The position numbers and the translations under genes were made by a program. DNA of 64,000 nucleotides from Amoebophrya sp. A120. Its lineage: Eukaryota > Protista > Dinoflagellata. Shown here in pieces: positions 45,734 to 57,461 of this stretch (the stretch's first letter is position 1; each line of letters opens with the position of its first letter). The notes beneath the pieces are model-generated. The model made no database searches, was not told where the DNA came from, and saw only the letters and a program-made list of their open reading frames with translations. Where the stretch lies: the NCBI GenBank assembly GCA_905178155.1, contig CAJINV010000005.1:5665379-5729378 (forward strand), in the 5' to 3' direction.

Positions 45734-48700
45734 AACTGGCTAGGCAGTACAGTGGAGTAGATCCGAGGACTCGGAGTCCTCGCGCAAAGGGATATGATAG
45801 CACGTATGATTTTTAGAAATTTGGGGCCTTGAAAATGAAAACACGACTCCAAGATAATTAGCATGCACTACGAAATTCACATCAGACCGACCGAAGAATA
45901 AAGGCATCAAAAAACTACAAAGTATGTTGATAAAAAACACAGACGAGATGGAGCTATGCTCTCCCAGCATTTGCTGTTGCAGGAGCTGTCCCCGCTTTAT
46001 CAAGACGAAGAGATTATTTTAGCGCTTTACTCGAACCAATAGTACTGCAACTTCCGGTGCGTAACTTTCAGAAAAACTTGTAAACAGAACGACTTTGGAA
46101 AACAGTGTAAGTCCAGAAAACTTGTGTCTCATTCGGAAACTTTCCACAACGAAAGCAAGCTTTAGGATCGAAATTCAACTATAGACTTTGCGACTTGTAG
46201 ACCTTAAAACTGAAACTTTAATTTCGACAACAGTAGTGAAATTTTTTGGTTGAGCAACAACAGCAGCACGAGAAAGGACGAGGTAAAGAGTAGTAAGCGG
46301 AAACGATCAAAGCATCGTAGTTCAAGTTTCAGCGTGGGAATAGCTTTTATTTTAGCGTAAGAGTTGGTTTTTTCGGTAGCAAGCAGAGGTAGGAAAAGAG
46401 GTTTTAGCTGTTGTCTTTTTTCACAGGCTTTCGAAGCAGGGATTTTTCTTGAAATAGCGCTAGAGAAAAAAGGTGTGTAAACGCGTTCCCACCTTCCCGC
46501 ATGAGCACAAACAAACAAACAATACATGCTTCGCTGTGCCCAAGGTATAAAGTTTGTCCACGAGGAACAAAATGTAAAGAATAAAAAGTAGCCCTTCATC
46601 AACTATCCTTCTTTGCTCGCACCACCTCTAGTACTAACAGGCTACCATCAATATCTAGCGATAGCCGCTCTTTGACTTTCTGGCTTTGTTTTGACTTTCC
46701 TTTGGGATTTTACTTTCTATAAAACTGCTTACTGTTGCTTGGTTGTTTCGGAACAACTTCAGTATTTTTTGGTCGACAAAGGACACGAACTCTTTTGTGA
46801 AATAATCCAGAGAAATTCTATTTGTATTTGTCGCCCGAGGTCATTAGCCTGCAGAAGGTGATGGCGTTGCTGCGCCAATTCTGCATGGCCATGGGCCTTC
46901 TTGTTCGGAGAATATGATACAGAGTTTGTTCTCTGTGGTCGTGGCAGTCGCAGTTGTTTTTTGTGAGCATCATGGTCATCAACCCTAGACCCATTTCCGA
47001 GAAATGGAGAACGCGACAGATGTCGGATTTGTCTCTTCTGAGCGAGAAGACCAAGAGCGAGAGCAGAGCTATTACAATCGCAGTGGCGTGGTCGCCCATT
47101 GCGTCTGCGCGTTCTTTATGCAATGTCCCCGTCGCTCTTCCGGTGATCCATAGCATTTTAACCGATGGGGACATTGTGAGGGCCCGCGCTTCCCGGCTTT
47201 TTTCGGGCTTCATCGCCACCCCTTGCGGAGCTGGGCCCGGTTTTTTCGCAGTGCGCCGTAGCTGTTCCCACGGGCAAAGCCAAAGGCGCGGGGCCGCCCG
47301 GGGTCGGGCCCGCGCGCAGTGCTTGCGCGGGCGCACTACATCAATGGAACGGGTTTGGGCGACCGACGCAAGGCGACAAGCAAAAGGCAACAAAGCGACG
47401 CGCACGCGCCCGCTTTCGAGGCAAGAAATGGCGGCGGGCGCGCGCGCGCCCTGTAATTGTCTGCGGGGGGGGGGGGGGGGGGTTGGGGGGGGGCTGAGCC
47501 CTGCCCCCGTGCGTGTGCGGCCTCTGTGTTTCGCGCCGGCGGCCCCGGTCCCCGCCCGCTCGCCCCTGTGTGCCTTGGGTGGGCCGCCCTGGAACGTCAG
47601 AAGGAAAAGACAGGAAGTAGGTGCCTTGGGGTGTTTTCCCCTGCGTCGGCCCTGAGGCGCGCCGGGCCGCCGGCTTTCCCTCCTATGTATCTATGCTCGC
47701 TCTTGCACGCCCGCCCGGTACTCGCGCTGGGCACCCACCTCGGGCCATGGCGCGGCTTGTTGTCCGCGCGATGTAGATGCTACCTCAGCCGGCGCGCCTG
47801 CAGCCTGCCGGCATGGTCTTCGTTCACGTGGCGACCGGCCAATTTAGGTTTGGCTGAGGAGACTGGTATAAAAAGATAAGTATGTAATCTTGACCAACAT
47901 CGATCGCGCCACCTAGTTGTAGCTACCTCCCACGGACGTCGCACAGCTGTGCATGTGTTGGTGGAGCGTCGTGCTTTTTCCGGATAGAGGATCTCACCAG
48001 ATGACGAGAAACAGACATGGCTCTAAGGGTTGGCCATGCCTTTCTGATAAATTACGCGCGATCGAAGCTTGAGGATCTGACTCACCATTTATTACCATAT
48101 CAACCCGGCAATTACTCTGACTCTGAACGAAAATGAAGTTGAGAATCAAAATTGCAAGAACCGCGGATCTTCTCCACCACGATTGAGCAAGGCACACTCG
48201 CACGGAATTGGTTGCATAAGGAACATGGGTCAGGATCTCTCGAGGGTCTAGTAGATGACCGGAGATTAGATCGAAAGGCATGCCGTGGATGTTGCAAAAT
48301 CAAAATAATTCCACACATGAGCAGATGTTATAGCAGTTGGTCAAAATAGCGCGTGATAGTGGCAAAGGTCATCTTCGACGTGAGCAAGATCTTGACGGTG
48401 ATCGCATGCTGATCCCTCCGGTGGATCTTACCCATCCCTATCCTTGCATGCAAAGGCGATGATGAGCTTCAATTAATTTTGTTCTGCTACATCGTATTCG
48501 TATTCCATTTTCAACTTCTTCCCAAAACCACCTCCAGGTCAAGAAACACGACTTGAGCGCAAAGCCTCGGTGTGTCGTAACATTCTCGATAATTTCTATA
48601 GCAGAGCTGAGTTATAACTCTATCTGAACAAACTTTACAACAACCAATCAGCTCTAGTACCAACAACAAACAATCAAGAATAAAAATACGCACACTAGAC

Positions 48701-50971
48701 CCATAAGTCGCTTAATATTAGACCACGAGAGATTGAAAGAAATTTCGGGCGAAAAAATACACCGGAACGAAGAATATTAGGAAAAACAACTACACATTTC
48801 GAAGACAAAAAGACTCTCCTTCAATCATCTTAAGCAGACAGAAAACTATCTACTTTACATATTTTTCATTATTTACCAGTGTTGAGCTCCATCAGACGCG
48901 CTAGACTTATTTGGCTTACGAGACATTTTCACAACATTCACTACAAGTTTGTAAGACGACAAAATCTGTTTTGACTTCTGTACTAATTTCAATACCGCAG
49001 TACATCATATTTCTGTTGATTGATACTCTGAGTTAAATTTGATACTTGTGAAGGATTTCGAACAATTAAATACGCCGGCTAAAATTGCTGACAAACACGA
49101 CCACACTTCTCAACACCAACAACATTGACAATACTAAAGCGCCGCGACAAGCCTGCTCCAACAGAAAAATATCGAGGTCGAGGACTAAAACCTACGTTGT
49201 ACAATAACATAGAATTTTACGCCATCTTTTTTTTGATACAAAGGTTGCCAAGAACTACGTCCTCTTTATCGATATTTCGTCAGGCAAAATCAAAAGTAAA
49301 GCCGCAAGGTTGGTTTGGTAAAAAAACCTCCACAGCCACGCGGCCAGAGTAGACCCTCTCATCTTCGCAAGTCAGTTTTGGTTCTTACTTTAAAAAAATC
49401 CAGGGTCGTCTCCAAACGAGATTGCTGCGCTAGATTTTTTGCATTAACTCATCACTGTTGACAACCCTTGCGTATCGTAGAGAGCAAAGAGCGTCTGCTG
49501 CTGCTGGGAACATACTAACAACTACATTGAAATCTGAAAATAAGTACGAGCCTTTTTATCATAGTATCATCTCAAGAGGTGAATAATCATACTTTGTGAA
49601 TACAACAACATTTACGTTTTTCGTGATACATACCGCAATACCAATACCAAAGTAGCTTTTTTTTTGCTACCCGTAGTTTCAATATCGATGAGGAGGGGTA
49701 GCTATTACAGATATCTGTAAACAACTCTCTCGCCGTTTTGGTTCGCGTAGCATAAAATTTCGCTATTTTGCCTCTGTTTTGGAAAAAATCCAATCAGAGA
49801 GACCTTTTTTAGCAGTAGAATTCATACTTTTCTTCATCATTCCGATCCGTTACCTTTCACTACCACGGGTATCAAGAGCCGTGAGCTACAGTGAGTGATA
49901 GTCATCATTTTTTGGGAACCACGGAATAGAAAACAGTATAGTTAGTTGTCAGCTTGATATTCAAGAGTTGTTTTATTCATCAACAAGGAGCGCCAGCGCC
50001 ACTATTTTTTGGACCGACGCATTAGTTTTGGAAGTTGTACGACAGTAAAGTAGAGCATAACCGCGCCGCCGAGCAGACTCCAAACAAAAAACCCAGACAC
50101 CACAGTAGTGGTTCTGGTTCTTGTAAGTAATAAAACAATTCTTGCTTTTACAGCTGTCCCGATATCTCTACTTTCTAGCCGCTTTTTCTTCTAGAAAATC
50201 GCTCCTCGCTCTTGAGCAGCCAGCTCTGTCTCTGTCACAAGCTGTAGTAGTCACTGTTCTAGTACCAACCCACCAGCACCGTACCTTTTTTCTTTTAGAA
50301 AATAAACTGACGCTATTCAAGATTATATCCTTCTTCTTTTCCTTCTTCTAGAAGTTCCTATCGCTTAACTCCGCTACGAGACAGTACTGGAGTTGTGAGA
50401 CGGGCTTTTAAGACCTTTTTTTTACATTCGAAATTCACAACTACATTTTTGGGAACCAAACATCAAGGAACAAAATCCAGTTAACTAGACGTGGTGAAAA
50501 CCGTAGTACTAGTACGTATGCAGCAACCGTTTGAATAAATAAGTTTTCGGAACGACAAAACAGGAACAGTACAGCAACAGGTAACAGGGAGGCAAATTCT
50601 TCAACAGTTTGACCTTCGCAGCTCGGAACTACGGCAACATAATAAAAGTAGCACGCAAAGAACGATATAGATTCTTCGCCGCATTTTCCTATTTGGAACA
50701 ACAACTTTTGACAACTTTTTTTTGATTTTAGGTTTTTGAAGAGCAACCAACAACCCAGCTGAGACGGGGAATCTGAATCTTCAGATCTTCGTTTTGGTAC
50801 TAGAGCATCGAATACTATAGTCTGGGTAAATCATTCATTCATTCATAGTCTCTTTTTTTGAGTAGTGCAACAACATTCAAAACGCTAGAAGATTTTTGCT
50901 ATCGAGTTCTTCGGAGTGCATCCTCATAGTTAAAGCTAACCAGCAACTCCAGACAAAGAAATCTATCTATC

Positions 50972-53473
50972 ATGTTGGTGGATACTCGAACTTGTAACCT
51001 AATTCCGCTCTCAGGCTGCTCGGCTGCTGAAGACGGAGGGGATAATTTTGTCGAAAATATTAAAAACCCTTTTTCCGGCACTGTCAGCACCAAAGACACA
51101 AGCACCAGCTGCGACATGGAGCTGACCGATACCAGCATTGGCAGCAGCGCCGCAGAGCGGGCAGCACCACAGCCAGCTGGCTCGTGGTCGTGCACAAGGA
51201 CTCCGACGGGCCCGGGCGCAGCTTGTTTTACGGGAAAAAATAAACGGCACTTTTTCCAGCGTTGCGGGTCCTCTTCCTCCTCCCTGTTTACGTCGTATCC
51301 GGAAGATTACCAGAACCAATTATCAACTGCCTGCAACAGCCCTTATCAGGGGATGCAGGACGAAACCCCCCTGCAGTTCTTTGACCAGGAGTGTCACGCA
51401 CCAACTGCTTTCGGGTTTTGTGGGGGCGCTGGTGGAAAGGATTGTGCGGAGGCCGTCGTGCAGGACGAGGACACGCAGCACTGCTATTCCGCGCAAAGCG
51501 GGGGGCAAGAAGACAACCTCCACCAACATGAGCCGCAGACACAATTTTTTCCGCAATACAATTTCTGCAACGGCGGGCAGCAGATGCTGCTGGGCCACGC
51601 ATTTTCATCATCGCAACAGGAGAGTTTGTGCCACCTGTCGCAGCAGGGGCAGCAGTCTTTCGTGAACCAAGTGATCTATCGTCTCAACAGCGAGAATCTG
51701 TTGTCGCAGCAAAGAGAACATCAGTGCGAACAAATGCAAATGGTCGCTGAAGAAGAGGAAATTTCAGATGATGCGGATGAAGCTTTTCTCCATTTCCCCC
51801 GTCAGACGCTGAGCTGCCCGCTGCAACCCGTGCTGCCATTGTTGTTGGACGACGAGGAGCAGGGTGAGTTGACGCTAAGTGAGGACGGGAAGAACTACAC
51901 TATCCCGGGCCGCGGTTCTTTCTGTCTCGAAGGAGGAAATGATGAAGACTGCCGCACCTCCGCTGCCGGCGCTGCTTGCCCAAGCACGATAGGTACTACT
52001 ACCCGAGGACGTCAAAGAACGTCGATGAGCGCAGGAGTTCTTACAACGAGCGGCAATGAAGAAGATGACCAACTGTTATCATCTATTCCGGGTAAAAACA
52101 TCCCCACCCCAGAGTTGTCATGCAAATTTGCATGCCAAAAAAGTTTCTCATGCGAAGCCCCATGAGAAGCTTTTTCTAGTCGTGTTTTGGGATTTGTCAT
52201 GCTAGAAATAGCATGATATGCTAGATCTGCGATGCTGCTGAACTAGCTAAACAGGATTACACTACGAGGACAAACCTGTCATGCGAAACAACCAAAGTTG
52301 GCCGATTTGTCTAGCAGATTCTCCACGTTGACTCTGGTATGGGGGCGTTTTTACTCAGGATAACATCTCCTGTGCCGCCCTCCAGAACGTTTTTCAATCG
52401 CGCTCGTTCCTGCAGCGAGGGGGATCTCCGCAATTTCGCCATGAGAATTGCAGCACATGAAGAAGAAGATGAGAATATCAAAAGGAAAAATCCCCCCTCC
52501 CCACATCAAAACGAAATTTCTGATGCTGGATTTGAGTACACAAATCAGGTTTGTATTGCGGGAAAGCATTGCAGTCAGATCCCCAGGCTAGGTAGGGGCG
52601 TACGCGTCTAGTTGTTCAGCATGGCAAGCGGCTCCCCTTTAGGCTCAACAGCATGACAAATCGCTTCCATAGTGGGGCGGAAGCTTCTGCCCTTGTCTTC
52701 TTGCAATACAAATGTGATTTGCGACCTCAAATCAGCAGCACAAATTTGCGGAAACATACCTTTTCGATATGGGGAGGGGGGATCTTTGCTTTTGATAGAG
52801 AACAACAATTACGAGGACAACATCAACACCAACACGACTTTCACGCGTGAGTCCTGCGCGATGAACGTGATGATGTCGAACTCAAACTCTCCGGATAGCA
52901 GCACGACTTCCCCTATCAGCGCCTCTACCCCCGGGGTGGCCAAAACTCCTGCGGCCCTGACAATCATCAATCTGCTGGCAAAGGATCTGCAGGGACAGAA
53001 GAAGGTAGAAGTAGATACTGGCGGCCGCGGCCAACATTTGAATTTATCCCCCATTGACACGGCGACCAGCCGCACCAGTGGCCGGACGGTCAGTTCGGAA
53101 GAGGCGGGTGAGGATGGGCAATTCAACAGCTCCAGCACGAGCAATTCGGTTGTCGAGTACAACATGACAAGGACTACGTCGAGCTTCAACCTGTCCCATG
53201 GCAGCATGACAAACACCCAACTGCGGTTCCACCCCAGGAAGAACACTTTCGAAATGAACAAGAGCAAGCTGCTCTCTTCCTCGATGGACTTGGAGAATTT
53301 TGTCGTCAACAACTCCGGCCGGGTATCTACCAATCAAAACAATGATTTTTGCACGCGGCACAGCACGTATTCCGATCTATCCGCTTTCCACCCGATTCTG
53401 AATCCAGATTCGAAGGTGGTGCCGCCGGGCGAAATCGACTTTGTCATTAATAGCAGCTCGTCCTGCAGCGGAA
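50972..53473 (+). CDS. Hypothetical low-complexity protein, at least 2 introner introns; 3' end unresolved
   Basis: Joins QLLS|SPVPPS and EDE|NNNYED restore the frame; a damaged family E left end starts at 53474. Confidence 0.6.
52084..52362. mobile_element. Introner, family H
   Basis: Homologous to 5220; repeat TCATC/ACATC. Confidence 0.88.
52476..52797. mobile_element. Introner, family G
   Basis: Homologous to 5808; repeat GAGAA/GAGAA. Confidence 0.9.
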
Positions 53474-54253
53474 TATGCATTGCAAAAGTATCGTACTTTT
53501 TAGTAGTAATTGCATTACAAATTAGTTACGGCTCTGCAGGAGCATCATCATCATCATCTTCTTCTTCTTCTTCTTCTTCTTTATTTTCAGCTCGAGCTAT
53601 GTCCGCCCACCTGTACATTTATTTTATTCAGTCACTTTGCACGCATACATTGTTTCATCATGCTGGGGATCCGCATCTGCCCACTCATTTCTATCCATCC
53701 GAGTAGAAAAGGGAATCAATTCATCCAGCGAACAAGATTTGAATTTAGCTCGGGCTCGCGCGTGCGAGTTACGCCATGGCAGCGGTTTTATTTTTGAGAA
53801 GCCCTTGCACAGTGGTGCCAACACAAACGCGCATGTCCAAAGTAGTCCAACGTGTCCACGTTCAAGATGTGAGTCCAGCCTCCTTTCTTGGAGTTAGTGG
53901 TCGCTAAAAGCTACTTCGAAAAACCCACAGCGCGGGCCGCGCACGCGGCCCGGGACCCTAGTGACCCCGCTAAAAGCAGTTATCGAGAACTCGTTCTCGT
54001 ATTGCTCAAAACCTTTCCTCACGCCCGTGCATAGCACGCGCGGCGGCTGTGTGGGGTGGTGTGTGTTTTTCGGGTCAGAGACCTCAGGACTTCTCGAAAG
54101 TTTATTACCGTAGCTCGTGCTACTTCCTGCTAGTTCAGATTTCTCTGGTTAGCAGGTAGCGGCTAGTCCGCCTCACGAATTTGCAGTAGTTGTTTCATCG
54201 GCATGTTTGTCACCGGCCCTGCGAATTCCCGCTGCCAGTTTATTAGCGGCGGC

Positions 54254-56638
54254 TTATCCATGGTCGGTTGCCACATGTCGATGGCCTGCTGCAGCTTGTC
54301 GCTCGTACCTTGAAAAGGGGTCCGCGCAGTTCAGCTCGCTCTTCACGTACTCGTACCACGAGCGGCAGCTGTATTCGTGGCACCACATCGCTGCCCGCGT
54401 ACATATGTTCGTTGTCAGCAGCGAGTTGGCCGAGCATTTCACCGCGGCGTACAGCTCGCCGGTGTTGTCCACTCGGGTGAACGTTACCGAGTGGCTGAGC
54501 TCGTGTCGCCACGTCAGCTGCGCCACCCGGATCATCATCGCCTCGTAGTGTTCGATTGTGAGCGGGTGTTTGTAGTGCTCGCTCACGTCCGGGAAGTCGT
54601 ACGTGATTGCCCGGATCTGGCCTGTTCCGGTTATTAGCAGCGCCCCGCCGCATGGTCCGCCCGCCTTGGAGCCGTTGCTGCTGGCGTCCAGGTACAGCCA
54701 GTTTGTTTTCCCGTCGTGCACCTGTGGTTTTAGCACCAGGGGCTTCTGGTTTTTCAGCACTACCTGCACGCCGCGCAGGAGCACGGCCAGCCTGCGGCGC
54801 CGCGCTTTGTCCAGCACCCAGGCGTCGAACCGTTCGTCCGATCCCGTCCAGTCATATATTCCGCGGAATATTTCATTGCCTGCGCGGTAGGCGGAGTTGC
54901 AGACGATGAAGCTGGCTATGCCCAGCACGCGCTGCAGGTCCTTCATTGTCAGGCCTTGGCCCGCTTCGCACTTCTCGACGCAGTGTTTCGTTTGTGTTAA
55001 CGCCCTGTTCATGGAGTCCGCCGTCGGTTCAGCTGTGATTTTGTTCAACTCTCTTCTCCAGAAGTAGTTGATGCCCAGCGCTTTGATGGGGTTGTGCTCA
55101 CAGCTGTTTTGCGACGCTCCGGGCTTGTCGCTTATCACCAGCCCCAGCGTGCGCGCCATCTGGCGGTAGAGTTCTCGGCTAAGCATCAGCCCTTCTCGGT
55201 CCAGGGCCATGTAGTAGCCGTCGTCGATGTATATCACCGCTACCGCGTAGAAGTGGATCAAAATCGACATGCACAGCTCCGCGACCCTGCACCACGATGG
55301 AACGCTGTGCAGGTTGCCCATGTTCAGCACCAGCGCCAAGAAGTACTGGTAGGACATGGTGTGGCTTGACCACGCTGCTACCGGGTTGTGCTCCGGTATC
55401 TCACACCCGACCTGGTGGTAGGCGCCTTTGTAGTCCTCGCTGCCCAGTTCCACCAGCGGTTGTTTCGCGGTGTTGTGCGGTGTCTTTTTTATCGAGTTGT
55501 GCGCGTAGCGCGCTTCCTTTTTCACCCTGCTCACGTAGTCGCGTCCCGTCTTTTCGCCAAAGAAGGAGTCGCTGTGCGTCTGTTTTCTGTTGCGGAATTG
55601 TTCCAGGTGCTGCTGCATTTGCTCATAGACCTCCTTTTTCGAGGTGGTTGCGGGCATTCTGCAGCAGGCTTTTTCCTGTCCGACCGGTGCCATCATGGCC
55701 TGCGTCAGTTCCTGTATGACGCGGGTTCCGTAGAGCTGCAGTTTCTCCAGCAGCACCGAGTGCATGTTCTTCCTGCGCTCGTCCACGATTGGTCGTATTT
55801 TCCGAATTTCCTCTTTCGGAAATATATACGCGGGCACGCAGTGGAGCTGGTGCTCACTGATTTCCATGTTATGCCCGCGCTTGACCATCTGCATTTGTTC
55901 TTCTAGCACCGCGTCCAGTAGCTTGTCTGAGAACCCCTTAGGCTTCAGTTTGCGCAGCGTCACTCCGGCCTCGAAGAACGCGTCGATCTGTTCTTGTTCC
56001 AGCGGTTGCCTGGTTTCGTCGAGGCCCCACACGTTGGACTCGGTCTGGTTCCCGATGGTGGGGAAGCCCTTCAAGATCTGCTCTGGCAGCTTCTTGTCCG
56101 GGTGCCCGATCATCGCAGTCAAACGCCGCATCGCCGGTACGTTCCGCACCTGCCCGCTCTCGCTGACCAGCACGCGTTGCAGGTGCTTGGGCGCGTGTTC
56201 GCGTACCAGCTGGAGTGCCTCGCTCTTGGTCTCCAGCTCGATCTCCTTCAGTATTTCGATTCCTCTTCGCAGGTGGGCTTTCCACCTGCCGGGGTGCTGT
56301 TTACAGAGCTTTGCGTTTCTGTAAAGCTCCTCCCTGATGGTCTTGACCGCTCGGTCCTCTGCGATGCAGGCCTGTACGTAGCAGATGGCTTCGTGCGCCT
56401 GCACCTTGAGCTCCTCTGCCTCCGTCCAGTTCGCCGACGCGTACTGCATCTGTGCGGCCACCGGCGCTTCCGGTGGCGGTAGCTGCAGCTCTGCCGAGCT
56501 GTAGCCGAACCCACCATGCTTAGCGCGCTTAGCACGCGGCATCTGGGTGGCAGTTGGGGTGGTGGTGGGACAAACTTCACGATGTTGCCGCGCCGCAACG
56601 TTCGCGAGGTTCCCCGAGCGGAAACACCAACTAACCAA
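54254..56638 (-). CDS. Reverse transcriptase / RNase H of the DIRS-type group
   Basis: RT motifs KIRPIVD, EDYKGAYHQ, LNMGNLHS and YIDD; RNase H motifs YLDAS, HYEA, RVDN and VKSELNCADPFSR; 5' end abuts the N gap. Confidence 0.92.
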   Translation of the reverse strand: MVSWCFRSGNLANVAARQHREVCPTTTPTATQMPRAKRAKHGGFGYSSAELQLPPPEAPVAAQMQYASANWTEAEELKVQAHEAICYVQACIAEDRAVKTIREELYRNAKLCKQHPGRWKAHLRRGIEILKEIELETKSEALQLVREHAPKHLQRVLVSESGQVRNVPAMRRLTAMIGHPDKKLPEQILKGFPTIGNQTESNVWGLDETRQPLEQEQIDAFFEAGVTLRKLKPKGFSDKLLDAVLEEQMQMVKRGHNMEISEHQLHCVPAYIFPKEEIRKIRPIVDERRKNMHSVLLEKLQLYGTRVIQELTQAMMAPVGQEKACCRMPATTSKKEVYEQMQQHLEQFRNRKQTHSDSFFGEKTGRDYVSRVKKEARYAHNSIKKTPHNTAKQPLVELGSEDYKGAYHQVGCEIPEHNPVAAWSSHTMSYQYFLALVLNMGNLHSVPSWCRVAELCMSILIHFYAVAVIYIDDGYYMALDREGLMLSRELYRQMARTLGLVISDKPGASQNSCEHNPIKALGINYFWRRELNKITAEPTADSMNRALTQTKHCVEKCEAGQGLTMKDLQRVLGIASFIVCNSAYRAGNEIFRGIYDWTGSDERFDAWVLDKARRRRLAVLLRGVQVVLKNQKPLVLKPQVHDGKTNWLYLDASSNGSKAGGPCGGALLITGTGQIRAITYDFPDVSEHYKHPLTIEHYEAMMIRVAQLTWRHELSHSVTFTRVDNTGELYAAVKCSANSLLTTNICTRAAMWCHEYSCRSWYEYVKSELNCADPFSRYERQAAAGHRHVATDHG

Positions 56639-56646
56639 CAGCAGTG

Positions 56647-57461
56647 NNNNNNNNNNNNNNNNNNNNNNNNNNNNNNNNNNNNNNNNNNNNNNNNNNNNNN
56701 NNNNNNNNNNNNNNNNNNNNNNNNNNNNNNNNNNNNNNNNNNNNNNNNNNNNNNNNNNNNNNNNNNNNNNNNNNNNNNNNNNNNNNNNNNNNNNNNNNNN
56801 NNNNNNNNNNNNNNNNNNNNNNNNNNNNNNNNNNNNNNNNNNNNNNNNNNNNNNNNNNNNNNNNNNNNNNNNNNNNNNNNNNNNNNNNNNNNNNNNNNNN
56901 NNNNNNNNNNNNNNNNNNNNNNNNNNNNNNNNNNNNNNNNNNNNNNNNNNNNNNNNNNNNNNNNNNNNNNNNNNNNNNNNNNNNNNNNNNNNNNNNNNNN
57001 NNNNNNNNNNNNNNNNNNNNNNNNNNNNNNNNNNNNNNNNNNNNNNNNNNNNNNNNNNNNNNNNNNNNNNNNNNNNNNNNNNNNNNNNNNNNNNNNNNNN
57101 NNNNNNNNNNNNNNNNNNNNNNNNNNNNNNNNNNNNNNNNNNNNNNNNNNNNNNNNNNNNNNNNNNNNNNNNNNNNNNNNNNNNNNNNNNNNNNNNNNNN
57201 NNNNNNNNNNNNNNNNNNNNNNNNNNNNNNNNNNNNNNNNNNNNNNNNNNNNNNNNNNNNNNNNNNNNNNNNNNNNNNNNNNNNNNNNNNNNNNNNNNNN
57301 NNNNNNNNNNNNNNNNNNNNNNNNNNNNNNNNNNNNNNNNNNNNNNNNNNNNNNNNNNNNNNNNNNNNNNNNNNNNNNNNNNNNNNNNNNNNNNNNNNNN
57401 NNNNNNNNNNNNNNNNNNNNNNNNNNNNNNNNNNNNNNNNNNNNNNNNNNNNNNNNNNNNN
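56647..57461. other. Assembly gap (815 N)
   Basis: Run of N. Confidence 1.

Noticed and set aside
45740-50900. Short ORFs and a GC-rich patch at about 47170-47830
   Set aside because: No codon bias or recognisable motifs, and no termini found for a TE call.
118-52797. Nucleosome-sized introners (144-168 and 305-330 bp)
   Set aside because: Many intermediate sizes (201-282 bp) exist, sizes track family, and exon lengths show no visible periodicity.
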